64,000 bases of DNA from Verrucomicrobiales bacterium (GTDB taxonomy: Bacteria; Verrucomicrobiota; Verrucomicrobiia; Limisphaerales; JAYPEY01), in assembly GCA_038126035.1 (NCBI GenBank), contig JAYPEY010000013.1, forward strand, positions 9,547 through 73,546, given 5' to 3'; not shown here. Below are more notes on the stretch, generated by a model. It saw nothing but the letters and a program-made list of their open reading frames with translations. It was not told the origin of the DNA and searched no databases. Position 1 is the stretch's first letter.

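Noticed and set aside
3393-62653. Plus-strand track ORFs inside the giant gene, for example 3393..3917, 35841..36305, 45899..46711 (270 aa), 47084..47623, 51650..52183 and 54051..54827 (258 aa).
   Set aside because: Every one starts at a position equal to 0 or 2 mod 3, so all are out of frame with the giant ORF. Their translations are Arg/Pro/Ser/Ala-rich with no motifs, which marks them as frame-shifted shadows.
4300-63225. Very long minus-strand ORFs in the track, for example 4300..6504 (734 aa), 8563..11655 (1030 aa), 26494..30429 (1311 aa), 35314..37971 (885 aa), 38683..41844 (1053 aa), 43501..46086 (861 aa), 51412..54690 (1092 aa), 55066..59100 (1344 aa) and 59149..63225 (1358 aa).
   Set aside because: All are antisense to the uninterrupted + frame. 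Their translations are low-complexity R/G/D/A/V/H-rich strings whose only periodicity mirrors the sense-strand repeats, with no recognisable motifs. They are also broken by stops every 1-4 kb, whereas the sense frame is not. These are typical shadow ORFs of a GC-rich gene with GC-biased third codon positions.
1-64000. Search by eye for rRNA, tRNA, transposase/integrase genes, inverted terminal repeats, toxin-antitoxin pairs or phage-like genes.
   Set aside because: I recognised none. Outside the first 2.3 kb the whole window is occupied by one coding frame, which leaves no room for such elements.

Overview
GC-rich bacterial window dominated by one gene. Positions 1-2262 hold four things. First, the 3' tail of an unidentified + strand gene (stop at 111-113). 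Second, a bidirectional hairpin terminator (207-237). Third, a minus-strand PfkB/KdgK-like sugar kinase (265-1341). Fourth, a 921-bp divergent intergenic region with two AT-rich islands carrying a reiterated ACAATATAT motif, one copy being a perfect 14-bp palindrome. From ATG 2263 to the window edge at 64000 there is a single uninterrupted + strand reading frame (positions = 1 mod 3). It spans 61,738 nt, or 20,579 complete codons, and is still open at the end. The supplied ORF track does not list it, apparently because it only reports ORFs closed by a stop. The track ORFs downstream of 2.3 kb, including antisense ones up to 1358 aa, are out-of-frame or antisense shadows of this gene. Reading the frame by eye gives the following N-to-C order. 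LEPR-XLL-type N-terminus with no Sec-like hydrophobic core. Acidic linker. SPGNSPG/YDQV beta module. Lipase-like alpha/beta-hydrolase with an intact Ser-Asp-His triad. A roughly 30-kb array of about 75-80 diverged ~120-125-aa beta-rich repeats, punctuated by eight longer insertion-type units. Ig-like spacer modules flanking two large unassigned beta-rich cores. Several RTX (GGxGxD) calcium-binding blocks. A PA14 domain plus an adjoining beta-sandwich. Reiterated unassigned modules (LDDLVxDINxAL type and TAAxVxxAI type). PPC-like domains. FG-GAP repeats. Four tandem proprotein-convertase P-domain-like modules. The LEPR-XLL motif and the module vocabulary suggest a PVC-superphylum (Planctomycetes/Verrucomicrobia-like) organism, but that is inference only. 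I saw no rRNA, tRNA, CRISPR array or mobile element. All coordinates and counts come from hand reading, so domain borders are approximate.
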